Positions 42,103 through 50,838 of a stretch of 64,000 bases of DNA are shown here, in pieces. Each line of letters starts with the position of its first letter. Position 1 is the first letter of the stretch. The position numbers and the translations under genes were made by a program. The notes under the pieces are model-generated. The model did not search any database. It was given only the letters and a program-made list of their open reading frames with translations, and was not told where the DNA came from. The DNA comes from an uncultured Actinomycetes bacterium (lineage in GTDB: Bacteria; Actinomycetota; Thermoleophilia; Gaiellales; Gaiellaceae): the NCBI GenBank assembly GCA_963743545.1, contig CAVUQB010000005.1:998723-1062722 (forward strand), written 5' to 3'.

Positions 42103-43119
42103 TCAGGCGTCCAGGGCCGAGAGGAGGAACCGAAGCATCTCCGCGGGATCGCGCTGGATGCGAGGGGTCGAAGCGGGATCGCGCTTCGTCAGCTCGAGCG
42201 CCCGCGGGTCGGTGAGCGGCTTGAGGCGGCCGTCGCGGATCAGTGCCTCGTCCACGCCGCCGAGCCGACCGCCGTACGTCGTGTAGACCGGCACGCCGAG
42301 CGCCGCCGCCTCGCGGTTCATCGTCCCGCCCGCCGAGACGACGAGGTCAGCGAGCGCAATCAGGCTCTGCGCGTCGACGGCGCCCTCGGGGAGGACCACC
42401 TTCGGCAACGCGAGCCCGCGCACGTACTCGCGCTGCTCCTCGGTCCGCGGCAGGACGAACGCCTGCACGTCGTCGGCTCGGCCGAGGTGCTCGAGCGTCT
42501 GCGGGAACAGCGGATTCGAGTGGCGGTGGTAGAGGGACACGTCGGGCGGCGGCCGCAGGATGACGAGCACGCGCGCCGGGTCGACGCCGAACCGTTCGAG
42601 CAGCGACCGGTCGGGCTCGAAGTCCGAGAGGTAGTACTCCTCCTTCAGGCCTGGGTACTGGACAAGCTTCGGCGGGCGCACGCCGTACGGCTTGAGCCGC
42701 TCCGGCGGGATCGCGTCCGGCACGACGACCCGCGTCGCCGCGCGGCAGCCGAGCTGGTGCTGCAGCGTCGCGAACTCGTAGTCGAAGGTGGTCGAGCTCG
42801 GGATCCCGAGCCGCCGCGCCGAGATCGTCAGCTCGTGCGAGCCGTGCGCCAGCGCGACGTCGAAGTCGCGGCCGCGCGCCCACTTGCGCAGCGCGCCGAG
42901 CCGGTGCGTCATCTGCCGCGCCTTCTGCACCCTCGATCGTCCGCCGTGCCGCCCGACGACCTCGTCCGCCTCCAGGCCGTGCAGCTCCAATAGCTCGAGC
43001 GTCTGCGCGTAGTCGCGCGCGGTGATCTCGACCTCGTCGCCGCGCCCGCGCATGATCTCGATCAGCGGCCGGAAGACGAGCACGTGCGCCGGCGCGGTCA
43101 TGTCGATCCAGACGCGCAT
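42103..43119 (-). CDS. DUF354 domain protein (GT-B/UDP-GlcNAc 2-epimerase-like fold, polysaccharide loci)
   Basis: MRVWIDMTAPAHVLVFRPLIEIMRGRGDEVEITARDYAQTLELLELHG matches my recollection of the DUF354 N-terminus (MKIWIDI..P.HV.FF.PII..L...GHEV.IT.RD..Q). C-terminal VVSAGGTMNREAAALGVPV. Confidence 0.65.
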   Translation of the reverse strand: MRVWIDMTAPAHVLVFRPLIEIMRGRGDEVEITARDYAQTLELLELHGLEADEVVGRHGGRSRVQKARQMTHRLGALRKWARGRDFDVALAHGSHELTISARRLGIPSSTTFDYEFATLQHQLGCRAATRVVVPDAIPPERLKPYGVRPPKLVQYPGLKEEYYLSDFEPDRSLLERFGVDPARVLVILRPPPDVSLYHRHSNPLFPQTLEHLGRADDVQAFVLPRTEEQREYVRGLALPKVVLPEGAVDAQSLIALADLVVSAGGTMNREAAALGVPVYTTYGGRLGGVDEALIRDGRLKPLTDPRALELTKRDPASTPRIQRDPAEMLRFLLSALDA

Positions 43120-43514
43120 CAGAGCCGTTCCACTACACGGAACCGGATCGCGACGATCTCCGTCTTCGCCTCGATGGGTCGCCCGAAGAAGCGCTCGTGG
43201 GCGATCCGCCAGTCCTCGACGGACTCGAAGCCCTCGCCCTCGTCGCGAGCGAACTGCTCGTCGATGTCCTCGGCCGGTATGACGCGGGACTCGGTCACCT
43301 CGACGACGGCGACCGGGCTCTCGTCGTAGCCGAGCAGCGCACGCCGGTCGCCGACCTTCGCCGGCTGCTCGTCCACCGCCTTGTACTCGTCGAGCAAGCC
43401 GGCCGTCGCGGTCTTCTCGCCGCCCAGGACCGCGTCGACGAGCTGACGGCGCAGCTCGGTTCGTGGGTGACCGAGCTCGAATGGAGGAAGCGCGTTGATC
43501 CGCACGTCATTCAC
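43119..43514 (-). CDS. ASCH domain-containing protein
   Basis: LVDAVLGGEKTATAGLL...VGDRRALLGYDESPVAVVEVTESRVIP...FARDEGEGFESVEDWRIAHERFF is the ASCH (PUA-like) pattern. The GTG 43514 start overlaps the asnB stop (GTGA), and its own stop overlaps the DUF354 ATG (TGATG). Confidence 0.75.
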   Translation of the reverse strand: MNDVRINALPPFELGHPRTELRRQLVDAVLGGEKTATAGLLDEYKAVDEQPAKVGDRRALLGYDESPVAVVEVTESRVIPAEDIDEQFARDEGEGFESVEDWRIAHERFFGRPIEAKTEIVAIRFRVVERL

Positions 43515-45400
43515 GCGACGAGCGCCTCCATCCGCGCCGACTCGAGCCGCGGCGGCTCCTGTTCCACGTGCCGCTCGTACCAGAGCGTGAACGCGAGCAG
43601 GCCCCACAGCTGGCGGCTCCAGTCCTCACGCCCGGCGACGTGCTCGTCGAGCAGCCGCGTCACCGGCGGCGCCTGGAAGAAGCCCTGGCGCTGCAGGTTC
43701 TCGGGCGACAGCGTGGCGCGGGCGAACGGCTCCAGCTCGCCGCGCAGCCAGGCCGCGGCCGGGATCGAGAACCCGCGCTTGCGGCCGTGCACGACCTCCG
43801 CCGGCAGCAGCGGCTCCATGGCCTTGCGCAGCGCCACCTTCTTCGCGAGGCCGCGCACCTTGAGGCGCGTCGGCAGCGCGAAGGCGAGGTTCGTCACGAG
43901 CGGATCGAGGAACGGGACGCGCGCCTCGAGTGAGTGCGCCATCGAGGCGCGGTCGGTCTTCACGAGCAGGTCGTCGACGAGGTAGACGCCGAAGTCGACG
44001 TCCTGCAGCCGCGCCAGCTGCGGCGCCCCCGTCGTCTCGCTGTAGCGCGTGCGGTAGACGTCCACGGGGTCGAAGGCGGCGCGGCGCCCGGTCAGCTCGG
44101 CGCGCGCCTCGGGCGAGAAGATCTCCTTCCAGCCGTGGTGCCGCTCGAGCGGCGGCAGGTGGGCGGCGCGCACGAACCGCTTCGCCTTGTAGTCGAGGCT
44201 CGCCTTCCGGGTCGACGCCGGCAGCGCCTCGACGAGCGGCCGCGCCACCCGCGCGAGCGGCGCCAGGTGGTCGGCCCAGAGATCGGCCGAATACGTGTAG
44301 TAGCCGCCGAAGAGCTCGTCGCCGCCCTCGCCCGAGAGCGCGACCTTGACGTGCTCCGCCGCGAGCTGCGAGACGAGGTAGGTCGGCAGCGCGGACGAGT
44401 CGGCGAACGGCTCGTCGAAGGCCTCGGCGAGCGCGCGCAGGAGGAGCTCCGGCTCGGGCTTGACGAGCAGCTCGTGGTGCTCCGTGCCGTAGCGCTCCGC
44501 GACCAGCCGCGCGTCGGCGCGCTCGTCGAAGCTGCGCTCGGCGAAGCCGATCGTGAACGTGTGCACCGGCTCGGGCGTCTCCTGCGCCGCGAGCGCGGCC
44601 AGCGCGGCCGAGTCGACCCCGCCCGAGAGGAGGACGCCGACCGGCACGTCCGCGAGGAGATGCGCCCGCACCGAATCGCGCAGCCGCGCGCGGAGCTCCT
44701 CGATCAACTCCGCGTCGTCGCCGTCGCGCAGCTCGCTCTCGACGGCCGGGCCCGGCCGTGCGTACCGCTCGAGCGAGATCTCGCCGTTCTCCCAGACGAG
44801 GACATGGCCGGCCGGCAGCTTGCGGACGTCGCGGACGATGGAGTACGGCGCCGGGATCGAGTTGAAGGCGAGGAACGCCTCCAGCGCGTCGAGGTCGATC
44901 TCGCCGCGTGGCAGTGCCCGCAGCTCCGACGCGAAGCGCAGTTCGCCGCCGACGTGGCGGTAGTACAGCGGCTTGATCCCGTACGGGTCGCGCGCGAGCA
45001 CGAGGCGGTGGCGCCGAGCGTCCCAGATCGCGACCGCGAACATCCCGCGCAGCCGCTCGGCGAAGCCGACGCCGTGCTCCTCGTACAGGTGGACGAGGGC
45101 CTCGGTGTCGCAGCGCGTCCGCAGCTGGTGCCCGGCGCGCTCGAGCTCGCGGCGGAGCTCCGGGTAGTTGTAGATCTCGCCGTTCTGGACGACGACGCAG
45201 CTCCCGTCCTCGTTCGCGATCGGCTGGTCGCCGTGCTCGAGGTCGATGATCGAGAGGCGCCGCGCGGCGAGCGCGACGCCGCCGTCGATGTGCTCGCCGT
45301 GACTGTCAGGCCCGCGGTGGACGAGGAGGTCGCTCATTGCGCGCAGCGCCTCGACGTCCGCGGCGCCGTGAGTCGTCGCGATCCCGCAGATTCCGCACAC
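43511..45400 (-). CDS. asnB: asparagine synthase (glutamine-hydrolysing) family amidotransferase
   Basis: (V)CGICGI N-terminal nucleophile Cys, SGGVDSAALAAL PP-loop, 629 aa. Confidence 0.9.
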   Translation of the reverse strand: MCGICGIATTHGAADVEALRAMSDLLVHRGPDSHGEHIDGGVALAARRLSIIDLEHGDQPIANEDGSCVVVQNGEIYNYPELRRELERAGHQLRTRCDTEALVHLYEEHGVGFAERLRGMFAVAIWDARRHRLVLARDPYGIKPLYYRHVGGELRFASELRALPRGEIDLDALEAFLAFNSIPAPYSIVRDVRKLPAGHVLVWENGEISLERYARPGPAVESELRDGDDAELIEELRARLRDSVRAHLLADVPVGVLLSGGVDSAALAALAAQETPEPVHTFTIGFAERSFDERADARLVAERYGTEHHELLVKPEPELLLRALAEAFDEPFADSSALPTYLVSQLAAEHVKVALSGEGGDELFGGYYTYSADLWADHLAPLARVARPLVEALPASTRKASLDYKAKRFVRAAHLPPLERHHGWKEIFSPEARAELTGRRAAFDPVDVYRTRYSETTGAPQLARLQDVDFGVYLVDDLLVKTDRASMAHSLEARVPFLDPLVTNLAFALPTRLKVRGLAKKVALRKAMEPLLPAEVVHGRKRGFSIPAAAWLRGELEPFARATLSPENLQRQGFFQAPPVTRLLDEHVAGREDWSRQLWGLLAFTLWYERHVEQEPPRLESARMEALVA

Positions 45401-45410
45401 GGGCTCTACC

Positions 45411-46094
45411 TTAGGCGCCGGGTCGCACGAGTCCTCCGACCGACTGCTTCAGCACGCGCCAGCCGGTGGCGAGAACGGTGCGGAGGTAGAGCCGGACCGA
45501 CCGGTCGGCGATCCATTCGAGATCGTGCGCGAGCTTCTCGCCCATCGACGTCTCGTAGCCGCGCCGCACCTGCGCGAGCCCCGTCAGGCCGGGCCGCACG
45601 ACGAGCCTCTGCCAGTAGGAGGGCAGCTCGTGGGCGAGCTCCTCGAAGAAGACGGGTCGGATCGGCCGTGGTCCGACCAGGCTCATGTCGCCGCGCAGGA
45701 CGTTCACGAACTGCGGGATCTCGTCGAGCTGCGTCGCCTTGAGCCACTTCCCGACCGGCGTGAACTCGGCCTGGGTGCGCTCGACGAGCTCCTCGCCGAG
45801 ATGCGAACCGAGCCGCCTCTCGGCGCCGCGCCGCAGCGTGCGGAACTTGTACATCGTGAAGACGCGCGCCCCGCGGCCGACGCGCTCACCGCGATAGAGG
45901 ATCGGCGTCCCGCTCGTGACCAGCACGGCGGCGGCGATCAGGAGCGAGATCGGCAGCAAGACGAGCAGGAAGACCGACGAGAGGAGCAGGTCGAGGCCAC
46001 GCAGAACGACGTCGCGCGGCCGCGCCGGCGTGTCGAGCGCGAGCTGGCGATAGCCGCGGACGAGCGTGTCCTCGAGCCGCGTCGGTTCAGGCAC
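45411..46094 (-). CDS. polyprenyl-phosphate sugar-phosphate transferase (small 'bacterial sugar transferase', PglC/WbaP C-terminal type)
   Basis: GTG 46094. RGLDLLLSSVFLLVLLPISLLIAAAVLVTSGTPILYRGERVGRGARVFTMYKFRTL ... MSLVGPRP ... KPGLTGLAQV-like PGLTGLAQV. Confidence 0.88.
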   Translation of the reverse strand: MPEPTRLEDTLVRGYRQLALDTPARPRDVVLRGLDLLLSSVFLLVLLPISLLIAAAVLVTSGTPILYRGERVGRGARVFTMYKFRTLRRGAERRLGSHLGEELVERTQAEFTPVGKWLKATQLDEIPQFVNVLRGDMSLVGPRPIRPVFFEELAHELPSYWQRLVVRPGLTGLAQVRRGYETSMGEKLAHDLEWIADRSVRLYLRTVLATGWRVLKQSVGGLVRPGA

Positions 46095-46145
46095 TGCCCG
46101 ATCGTAAAGCGGCGGGCGGCCAGGGGGCGAAGCCGGTGGGCGGCT

Positions 46146-46160
46146 ATAACGTGTGCTTAT
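46146..46160. promoter_or_regulatory. weak LysR-type T-N11-A / ATAA-N7-TTAT box overlapping the lysR start
   Basis: ATAACGTGTGCTTAT. Only a 4-bp dyad, so pattern match only. Confidence 0.2.
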
Positions 46161-47052
46161 GGACACGAAGCAGCTAGCGGCCTTTTGCGCGGTGGTCGAG
46201 CGCTCGAGCTTCTCGCAGGCAGCCGACCAGCTCGGGGTCACGCAGCCCGCGGTCAGCCTGCAGATCCGGTCGCTCGAGCAGCGCGTCGGGCAGCGGCTCC
46301 TCGACCGCTCCGGCCGCCGGGTCGAGCCGACCGAAGCCGGCCTCCGGCTCTACCGCGGTGCGCAGCGTCTGCTAGCCCTCGAGCAGCAGCTGCTGGCCGA
46401 TCTCGGCGACGAGGCCGAGGGCGAGCTCAAGGGCCGGCTCGAGATCGGAGCCTCGACCGGGCCGGGCGGGAGCGTGCTACCCGTCATCCTCGGGGAGTTC
46501 CAGCAGCTGCACCCGCTCGTGACCGTCGCGCTCACGGTGGGCGACACGCATACGGTCGTCGAGCAGGTCGGGCGGCGCGAGCTGGAGCTCGGGATCGTCG
46601 GGGTTGGCGGCCGCCATCGCGGCGTCACGTTCGAGCCCTTCTACCGGGACGAGGTCGTGCTCGCCGTCCCCGCGGGGCACCAGCGCGCCGGCAAGAGCAT
46701 GACGCTCGACGAGCTCAAGGCCGAGCCGCTCGTCCTGATGCAGGAAGGCGCCGGGATCCGGCAGATGATCGACGAGGAGCTGCGCGAGCTCGGCCTGCGG
46801 CTGCGCGACCTGAACGTGAAGCTCGAGCTCGGGCTGCAGGAGTCGGCCCGGGCGGCCGTGCTCGGCGGCTTCGGCGCCACGTTCATCTCGCGGATCGCGA
46901 TCGAGGGCGATCTCGCGGCCGGAACTCTCGCGATCGTACGGGTCGAAGGGCTCGAGCCGGCGCGGGATGTCCAGCTCGCCCGCGCGAGCGGCCGCGCCGA
47001 GACGCGCGTCGCGCAGGAGTTCGTGGCCTTCGCCAAGGAACGGCTGCCGTGA
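46159..47052 (+). CDS. LysR family transcriptional regulator
   Basis: MDTKQLAAFCAVVERSSFSQAADQLGVTQPAVSLQIRSLE (HTH) plus a LysR substrate-binding domain. ATG 46159 is preferred over the track's GTG 46153. Confidence 0.88.
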   Translation: MDTKQLAAFCAVVERSSFSQAADQLGVTQPAVSLQIRSLEQRVGQRLLDRSGRRVEPTEAGLRLYRGAQRLLALEQQLLADLGDEAEGELKGRLEIGASTGPGGSVLPVILGEFQQLHPLVTVALTVGDTHTVVEQVGRRELELGIVGVGGRHRGVTFEPFYRDEVVLAVPAGHQRAGKSMTLDELKAEPLVLMQEGAGIRQMIDEELRELGLRLRDLNVKLELGLQESARAAVLGGFGATFISRIAIEGDLAAGTLAIVRVEGLEPARDVQLARASGRAETRVAQEFVAFAKERLP

Positions 47053-48020
47053 TCGTCGAGTGGGGTCTGGGCTTGCTCCCGGCCGCGTGCGCCGAGGCCG
47101 GGGTGGCGTCGCCGCTGCTCGTCGCGGGACCGCGCTGGGACTCGCTCGAGCTGCCTGTCGAGCCGGTCGCGCGCTGGCAGGAGGTGCCGTCGGATCGGAT
47201 CGTCGAGGCGGCGGCCGCGGCAGCGCCGGCGGACGGTGTGCTCGCAGTCGGCGGTGGCAGCGCGATCGACCTCGGCAAGGCGATCTCGGCCGCGACCGGG
47301 CTACCGCTTGTCTCTGTCCCGACCACGTACGCGGGCGCGGAGTGGACGAGCTACTTCGGCGTCCGTGACCCCGGACGGCGGATGCGAGGCGGCGGCGGAG
47401 GTGCACACCCCACGGCGATCGTCTACGAGCCCGAGCTCACGCTCGACCTGCCGCCGGAGACGACCGTGGGCACGGCGATGAACGCGCTCGCTCACTGCGC
47501 CGAGGCGCTCTACGTCCGGGGCCACAACCCCGCCGCCGACGAGCACGCGCTGGCCGGTGCGCGCCTGATCGCCGGGTGGTTGCCGCGCGTCGTCGCCACG
47601 CCACACGACCGCGAAGCCCGCACCGAGCTGCTCCGCGGGGCCTCGCACGGCGGTGCCGCGCTCGCGGGTTCGATGCTCGCGCTCGCACATGCGATGGCCC
47701 AGGCGATCGGCGGGCGCTACGGGCTCCCGCACGGGACGCTCAACGGGATCTGCCTGCCGCCGGCGCTGCGCTTCAACACCACGTTCGCTCCTGACGCCGT
47801 GGCACGTTTCGGTGAGGCCATCGGCGCGCCCGCCGACCCCGCCGGCCGGGTCGAAAGTCTCGCCGCGCTCGCCGGGGCGACGCGGTTGCGCGAGCTCGGT
47901 GTCCCCGAAAGCGACCTGCCCGAGCTCGCGGCCGACGCGGCCGAGCGAGGCGGGAACCTCGCCAACCCGAAGCCCGCGAGCCCGGACGAGATCGAGCAGC
48001 TCTTGCGCGGCGTCTACTAA
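47049..48020 (+). CDS. iron-containing alcohol dehydrogenase family protein (maleylacetate reductase-like)
   Basis: AVGGGSAIDLGKAIS ... PLVSVPTTYAGAEWT ... NALAHCAEALY ... HAMAQAIGGRYGLPHG. GTGA overlap with lysR. Confidence 0.75.
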   Translation: MIVEWGLGLLPAACAEAGVASPLLVAGPRWDSLELPVEPVARWQEVPSDRIVEAAAAAAPADGVLAVGGGSAIDLGKAISAATGLPLVSVPTTYAGAEWTSYFGVRDPGRRMRGGGGGAHPTAIVYEPELTLDLPPETTVGTAMNALAHCAEALYVRGHNPAADEHALAGARLIAGWLPRVVATPHDREARTELLRGASHGGAALAGSMLALAHAMAQAIGGRYGLPHGTLNGICLPPALRFNTTFAPDAVARFGEAIGAPADPAGRVESLAALAGATRLRELGVPESDLPELAADAAERGGNLANPKPASPDEIEQLLRGVY

Positions 48021-48664
48021 CCCGTTCCCACGCTGCTTGTCGCGCCGCGATCGGTGCGCTTGGTGTCCTGGTGATGCGTTGTGTGGAGCGTGATCCAGGG
48101 CACGACGGTCTGGCACGCGAAGCCGGCCGACGACTCGTTGGTGAAGAAGGTGAAGCCGCGTCCGATGCCGCCGCCGACCAGCGCGCCGGCCCGCCAGGAG
48201 ACGCCGCAGAGCGTGCCCGAGGCCGTGGTCGTCGACGTGCGGTAGGTGATGTGGTTGTCGAAGACCGCGCACCAGTACGTCGTGTCGGTGACGCGCTGCT
48301 CGTACGGCCACGTCCCCCACTGGTGCCAGACGTAGTTGGCCCAGCAGGTCGGCTTGGCGGCCGAGAGGACGTTCGAGTCGCTCAACGGGTCGAGACCCAC
48401 TGCGGCCTGCGGTGAGATGTCGGACTCGATCGAGGTCTGCGCTCCGGGCTGCGATGCCGCATCGAGCGCGGTGCTCCCGTCGACGATGCTCGTCGACGTG
48501 CCGCTCGGGACGGCCGGAGTCGCCGTGGCGAGGGCGGTCGCCTGATCGAGCGACAGGGGAGTGGGCGTGCCGTCGCCCGCCGCGCGGGCCGCGGCCGCGG
48601 AGCCGAGCATCAAGGCGAGTGTTGCGAGGAGCAGCGCGGGGCGTGTTGCCCGTCGTACGTTCAT
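48017..48664 (-). CDS. hypothetical secreted protein
   Basis: ATG 48664 gives MNVRRATRPALLLATLALMLGSAAAARA (signal peptide). An Ala/Thr/Ser/Pro-rich linker is followed by a Trp/Cys-containing C-terminal domain (CWANYVWHQWGTWPYEQ...). No family recognised. Confidence 0.55.
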   Translation of the reverse strand: MNVRRATRPALLLATLALMLGSAAAARAAGDGTPTPLSLDQATALATATPAVPSGTSTSIVDGSTALDAASQPGAQTSIESDISPQAAVGLDPLSDSNVLSAAKPTCWANYVWHQWGTWPYEQRVTDTTYWCAVFDNHITYRTSTTTASGTLCGVSWRAGALVGGGIGRGFTFFTNESSAGFACQTVVPWITLHTTHHQDTKRTDRGATSSVGTG

Positions 48665-48711
48665 CGTGGACCTCCAGTCCGTGGGCGGATGCGAGGGAGG
48701 CCACGCTAGCG

Positions 48712-48727
48712 TTGTCAGATCTGACAA
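48712..48727. promoter_or_regulatory. perfect 16-bp palindrome TTGTCAGATCTGACAA, a candidate operator in the divergent region upstream of comA
   Basis: Read directly. It lies between the start of the secreted-protein gene (48664, minus strand) and comA (48851, plus strand), in a locally GC-poorer stretch. Confidence 0.4.
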
Positions 48728-48850
48728 TCAAGATGGCTCTTCGCGGCATGCTCCGAATGGCCGAGCTGCCCACGAATAAGCGATCGCTATGCAAACGATT
48801 AGGTACCATCCCGTTCGAGTTCCGGAGCACTACCCTGTGGAGGAGCGCGC

Positions 48851-49642
48851 ATGCCCGGCTTTGCAGACGGATTTCTAGGACTGCCCGAGCGGCCTGGCAA
48901 GCCGCGCAGTTCCGGCCTCACACACGTCATGGACAAGGGTCTGAACCTGCGCGAGATCGAAGGCCTCTTCGACACGGCAGGTGACTTCGTCGACATCGTC
49001 AAGCTCGGCTGGGGCACCGGCTATGTCACGAACAACCTCGAGAAAAAGATTGCGCTTTATCGACACTTCGAGACGCCCGTCGTCTGCGGCGGGACGTTCT
49101 TCGAGGCGGTCTACGTGCGCGGCAAGATCGAGGAGTTCAAGGGCTGGCTCACCGAGTACCGCTTCTCGCACGTCGAGATCTCCGACGGTACGGTCGAGAT
49201 CCCGCGCGACCAGAAGCTCGAGCTGATCGCCGACTTCGCCCGCGACTTCACCGTCCTCTCGGAGGTCGGCTCGAAGGACGCGGAGGTGAACATCGCGCCG
49301 TACCTGTGGGCGCAATGGATGCAGGAGGAGCTCGACGCGGGCGCGTGGCGCGTCATCGCCGAGGGCCGCGAGGGCGGCACCGCCGGCATCTACCGGCCGA
49401 GCGGCGAGCTCCGCACCGGCCTCGTCGACGAGATCGAGCACTCCATCCCGTTCGACTCCCTGATCTGGGAGGCGCCCACCAAGGAGAGCCAGGCCTGGTT
49501 CATCAAGCACTTCGGCACGAACGTCAATCTCGGCAACATCCCGCCCGACGAGGTGATCCCGCTCGAGACGCTCCGGCTCGGCCTGCGCGGGGACACGCTG
49601 AAGGAGGTGCTTCTTGGCGGCGAGCCTGCAGCTGCCGGCTGA
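48851..49642 (+). CDS. comA: phosphosulfolactate synthase (ComA family; PEP + sulfite)
   Basis: LPERPGKPRSSGLTHVMDKGL...DIVKLGWGT ... VCGGTFFE ... FSHVEISDGTVEIP ... LSEVGSKD matches the (2R)-phospho-3-sulfolactate synthase family. Confidence 0.8.
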   Translation: MPGFADGFLGLPERPGKPRSSGLTHVMDKGLNLREIEGLFDTAGDFVDIVKLGWGTGYVTNNLEKKIALYRHFETPVVCGGTFFEAVYVRGKIEEFKGWLTEYRFSHVEISDGTVEIPRDQKLELIADFARDFTVLSEVGSKDAEVNIAPYLWAQWMQEELDAGAWRVIAEGREGGTAGIYRPSGELRTGLVDEIEHSIPFDSLIWEAPTKESQAWFIKHFGTNVNLGNIPPDEVIPLETLRLGLRGDTLKEVLLGGEPAAAG

Positions 49643-50255
49643 CGTCGAGTCCTGGCCCGCGCAGCGGGTCGTCGAGTACGTGCTCGGCGAGTTCCCCGGC
49701 CGCGTCGCGCTTGCGTGCTCGTTCCAGAAGGAGGAGTCGGTCCTGCTCGAAATGCTGTTCGAGCGCGAGCCGAAGGAGCGGGTCTTCGCGATCGACACGA
49801 ACTACCTCTTCCCGGAGACGTATGAGCTCTGGCGCGCGGTCGAGGAGCGCTACGACACGAAGATCGAGACGTTCGTAGGCGGCTCCGTCGAAGACGGGCT
49901 CTGGGAGACGAAACCCGACCTCTACCTCGCCGTCGCCAAGATCGAGCCGCTCAACCGCGCGCTGCTCGACCTCGACTGCTGGATCACGGGCATTCGCCGT
50001 GACCAGTCGCCCTTGCGCGCCGACGCGCCGAAGCTCGGCTGGGACGAGGCGCACGAGCTCTGGAAGGCCAACCCGCTCGCCGACTGGTCGGACGACGACT
50101 GCTGGGCGTACATCAACGAGCGCGCGCTCCCGTACAACAAGCTCCACGACCGGGGCTACGAGTCGATCGGGGACACGCACTCGACGACTCCCGGCCAGGG
50201 CCGCGAGGGACGCTGGGCCGGCACGGAACGGACCGAATGCGGGCTCCACACATGA
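49614..50255 (+). CDS. cysH: phosphoadenosine phosphosulfate (PAPS) reductase
   Basis: ALACSFQKEESVLLEML ... WITGIRRDQSP.R ... KANPLADWS ... YESIGDTHST ... ECGLHT. It lacks the CC...CxxC Fe-S cysteines of APS reductases, so this is the PAPS type. TTG start overlaps comA by 29 nt. Confidence 0.85.
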   Translation: MAASLQLPADVESWPAQRVVEYVLGEFPGRVALACSFQKEESVLLEMLFEREPKERVFAIDTNYLFPETYELWRAVEERYDTKIETFVGGSVEDGLWETKPDLYLAVAKIEPLNRALLDLDCWITGIRRDQSPLRADAPKLGWDEAHELWKANPLADWSDDDCWAYINERALPYNKLHDRGYESIGDTHSTTPGQGREGRWAGTERTECGLHT

Positions 50256-50283
50256 GCGTCGCTCGCCTTGCAGGGAACGCCCG

Positions 50284-50838
50284 ATGAGCGGCTTCGTCCT
50301 CTGGTTCACGGGCCTCTCGGGCGCGGGCAAGACGACGATCGCGAACATCGTCGAGCCGGAGCTCGAGCAGCGCGGCTTCGTCGTCGACCATCTCGACGGC
50401 GACATCGTCCGCACGCATCTCTCCAAGGGCCTCGGCTTCTCGAAGGAGGACCGCGACACGAACATCGCGCGCATCGGCTGGGTCGCCTCGCGGCTCGCAC
50501 GCGCGGGCGCGGTCGTCGTCGTCTCGGCGATCTCGCCGTACGAGGAGCTGCGGCGCCACGCGCGCTCTCTCGTCGACCAGCACGCGCCGTTCGTGGAGAT
50601 CTACGTCGCCACGTCGCTCGAGGAGTGCGCCCGCCGCGATCCGAAAGGGCTCTACGCGGCCGCATTCGCCGGCGAGATCGACGACTTCACCGGCGTCTCG
50701 GCACCGTACGAGGAGCCGCTCGAGCCGGAGCTGCGGCTGGAGACTCTCGGACGCACGCCTTCCGAGTCGGCCGCCACGGTGATCGACCGGCTCGAGGAGC
50801 TCAACCTCATCTCCCAGCGCGTGGAATCCGAGTCGTGA
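50284..50838 (+). CDS. cysC: adenylyl-sulfate (APS) kinase
   Basis: FVLWFTGLSGAGKTTIA ... LDGDIVR..L.KGLGFS.EDR..NI.RIG.VA. Confidence 0.92.
   Translation: MSGFVLWFTGLSGAGKTTIANIVEPELEQRGFVVDHLDGDIVRTHLSKGLGFSKEDRDTNIARIGWVASRLARAGAVVVVSAISPYEELRRHARSLVDQHAPFVEIYVATSLEECARRDPKGLYAAAFAGEIDDFTGVSAPYEEPLEPELRLETLGRTPSESAATVIDRLEELNLISQRVESES

Noticed and set aside
43934-48020. 602-aa ORF (43934..45742) and the first roughly 500 codons of the 831-aa ORF 45525..48020
   Set aside because: Both lie antisense or out of frame to asnB, the sugar transferase and lysR. Only the last 323 codons (from GTG 47049) match the Fe-ADH family.
48779-48788. 10-bp palindrome AGCGATCGCT (contains the GCGATCGC 'HIP1'-like core)
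   Set aside because: It is a single occurrence and short, and it is expected by chance or as a restriction-type site. There is no second copy or half-site arrangement nearby.
48728-48850. A riboswitch (for example SAM-type) in the leader of the comA-cys operon
   Set aside because: I could not find the conserved cores I remember for the SAM-I or SAM-IV classes, or a convincing multi-stem structure. A covariance-model scan (Rfam/Infernal) would be needed to exclude it formally.
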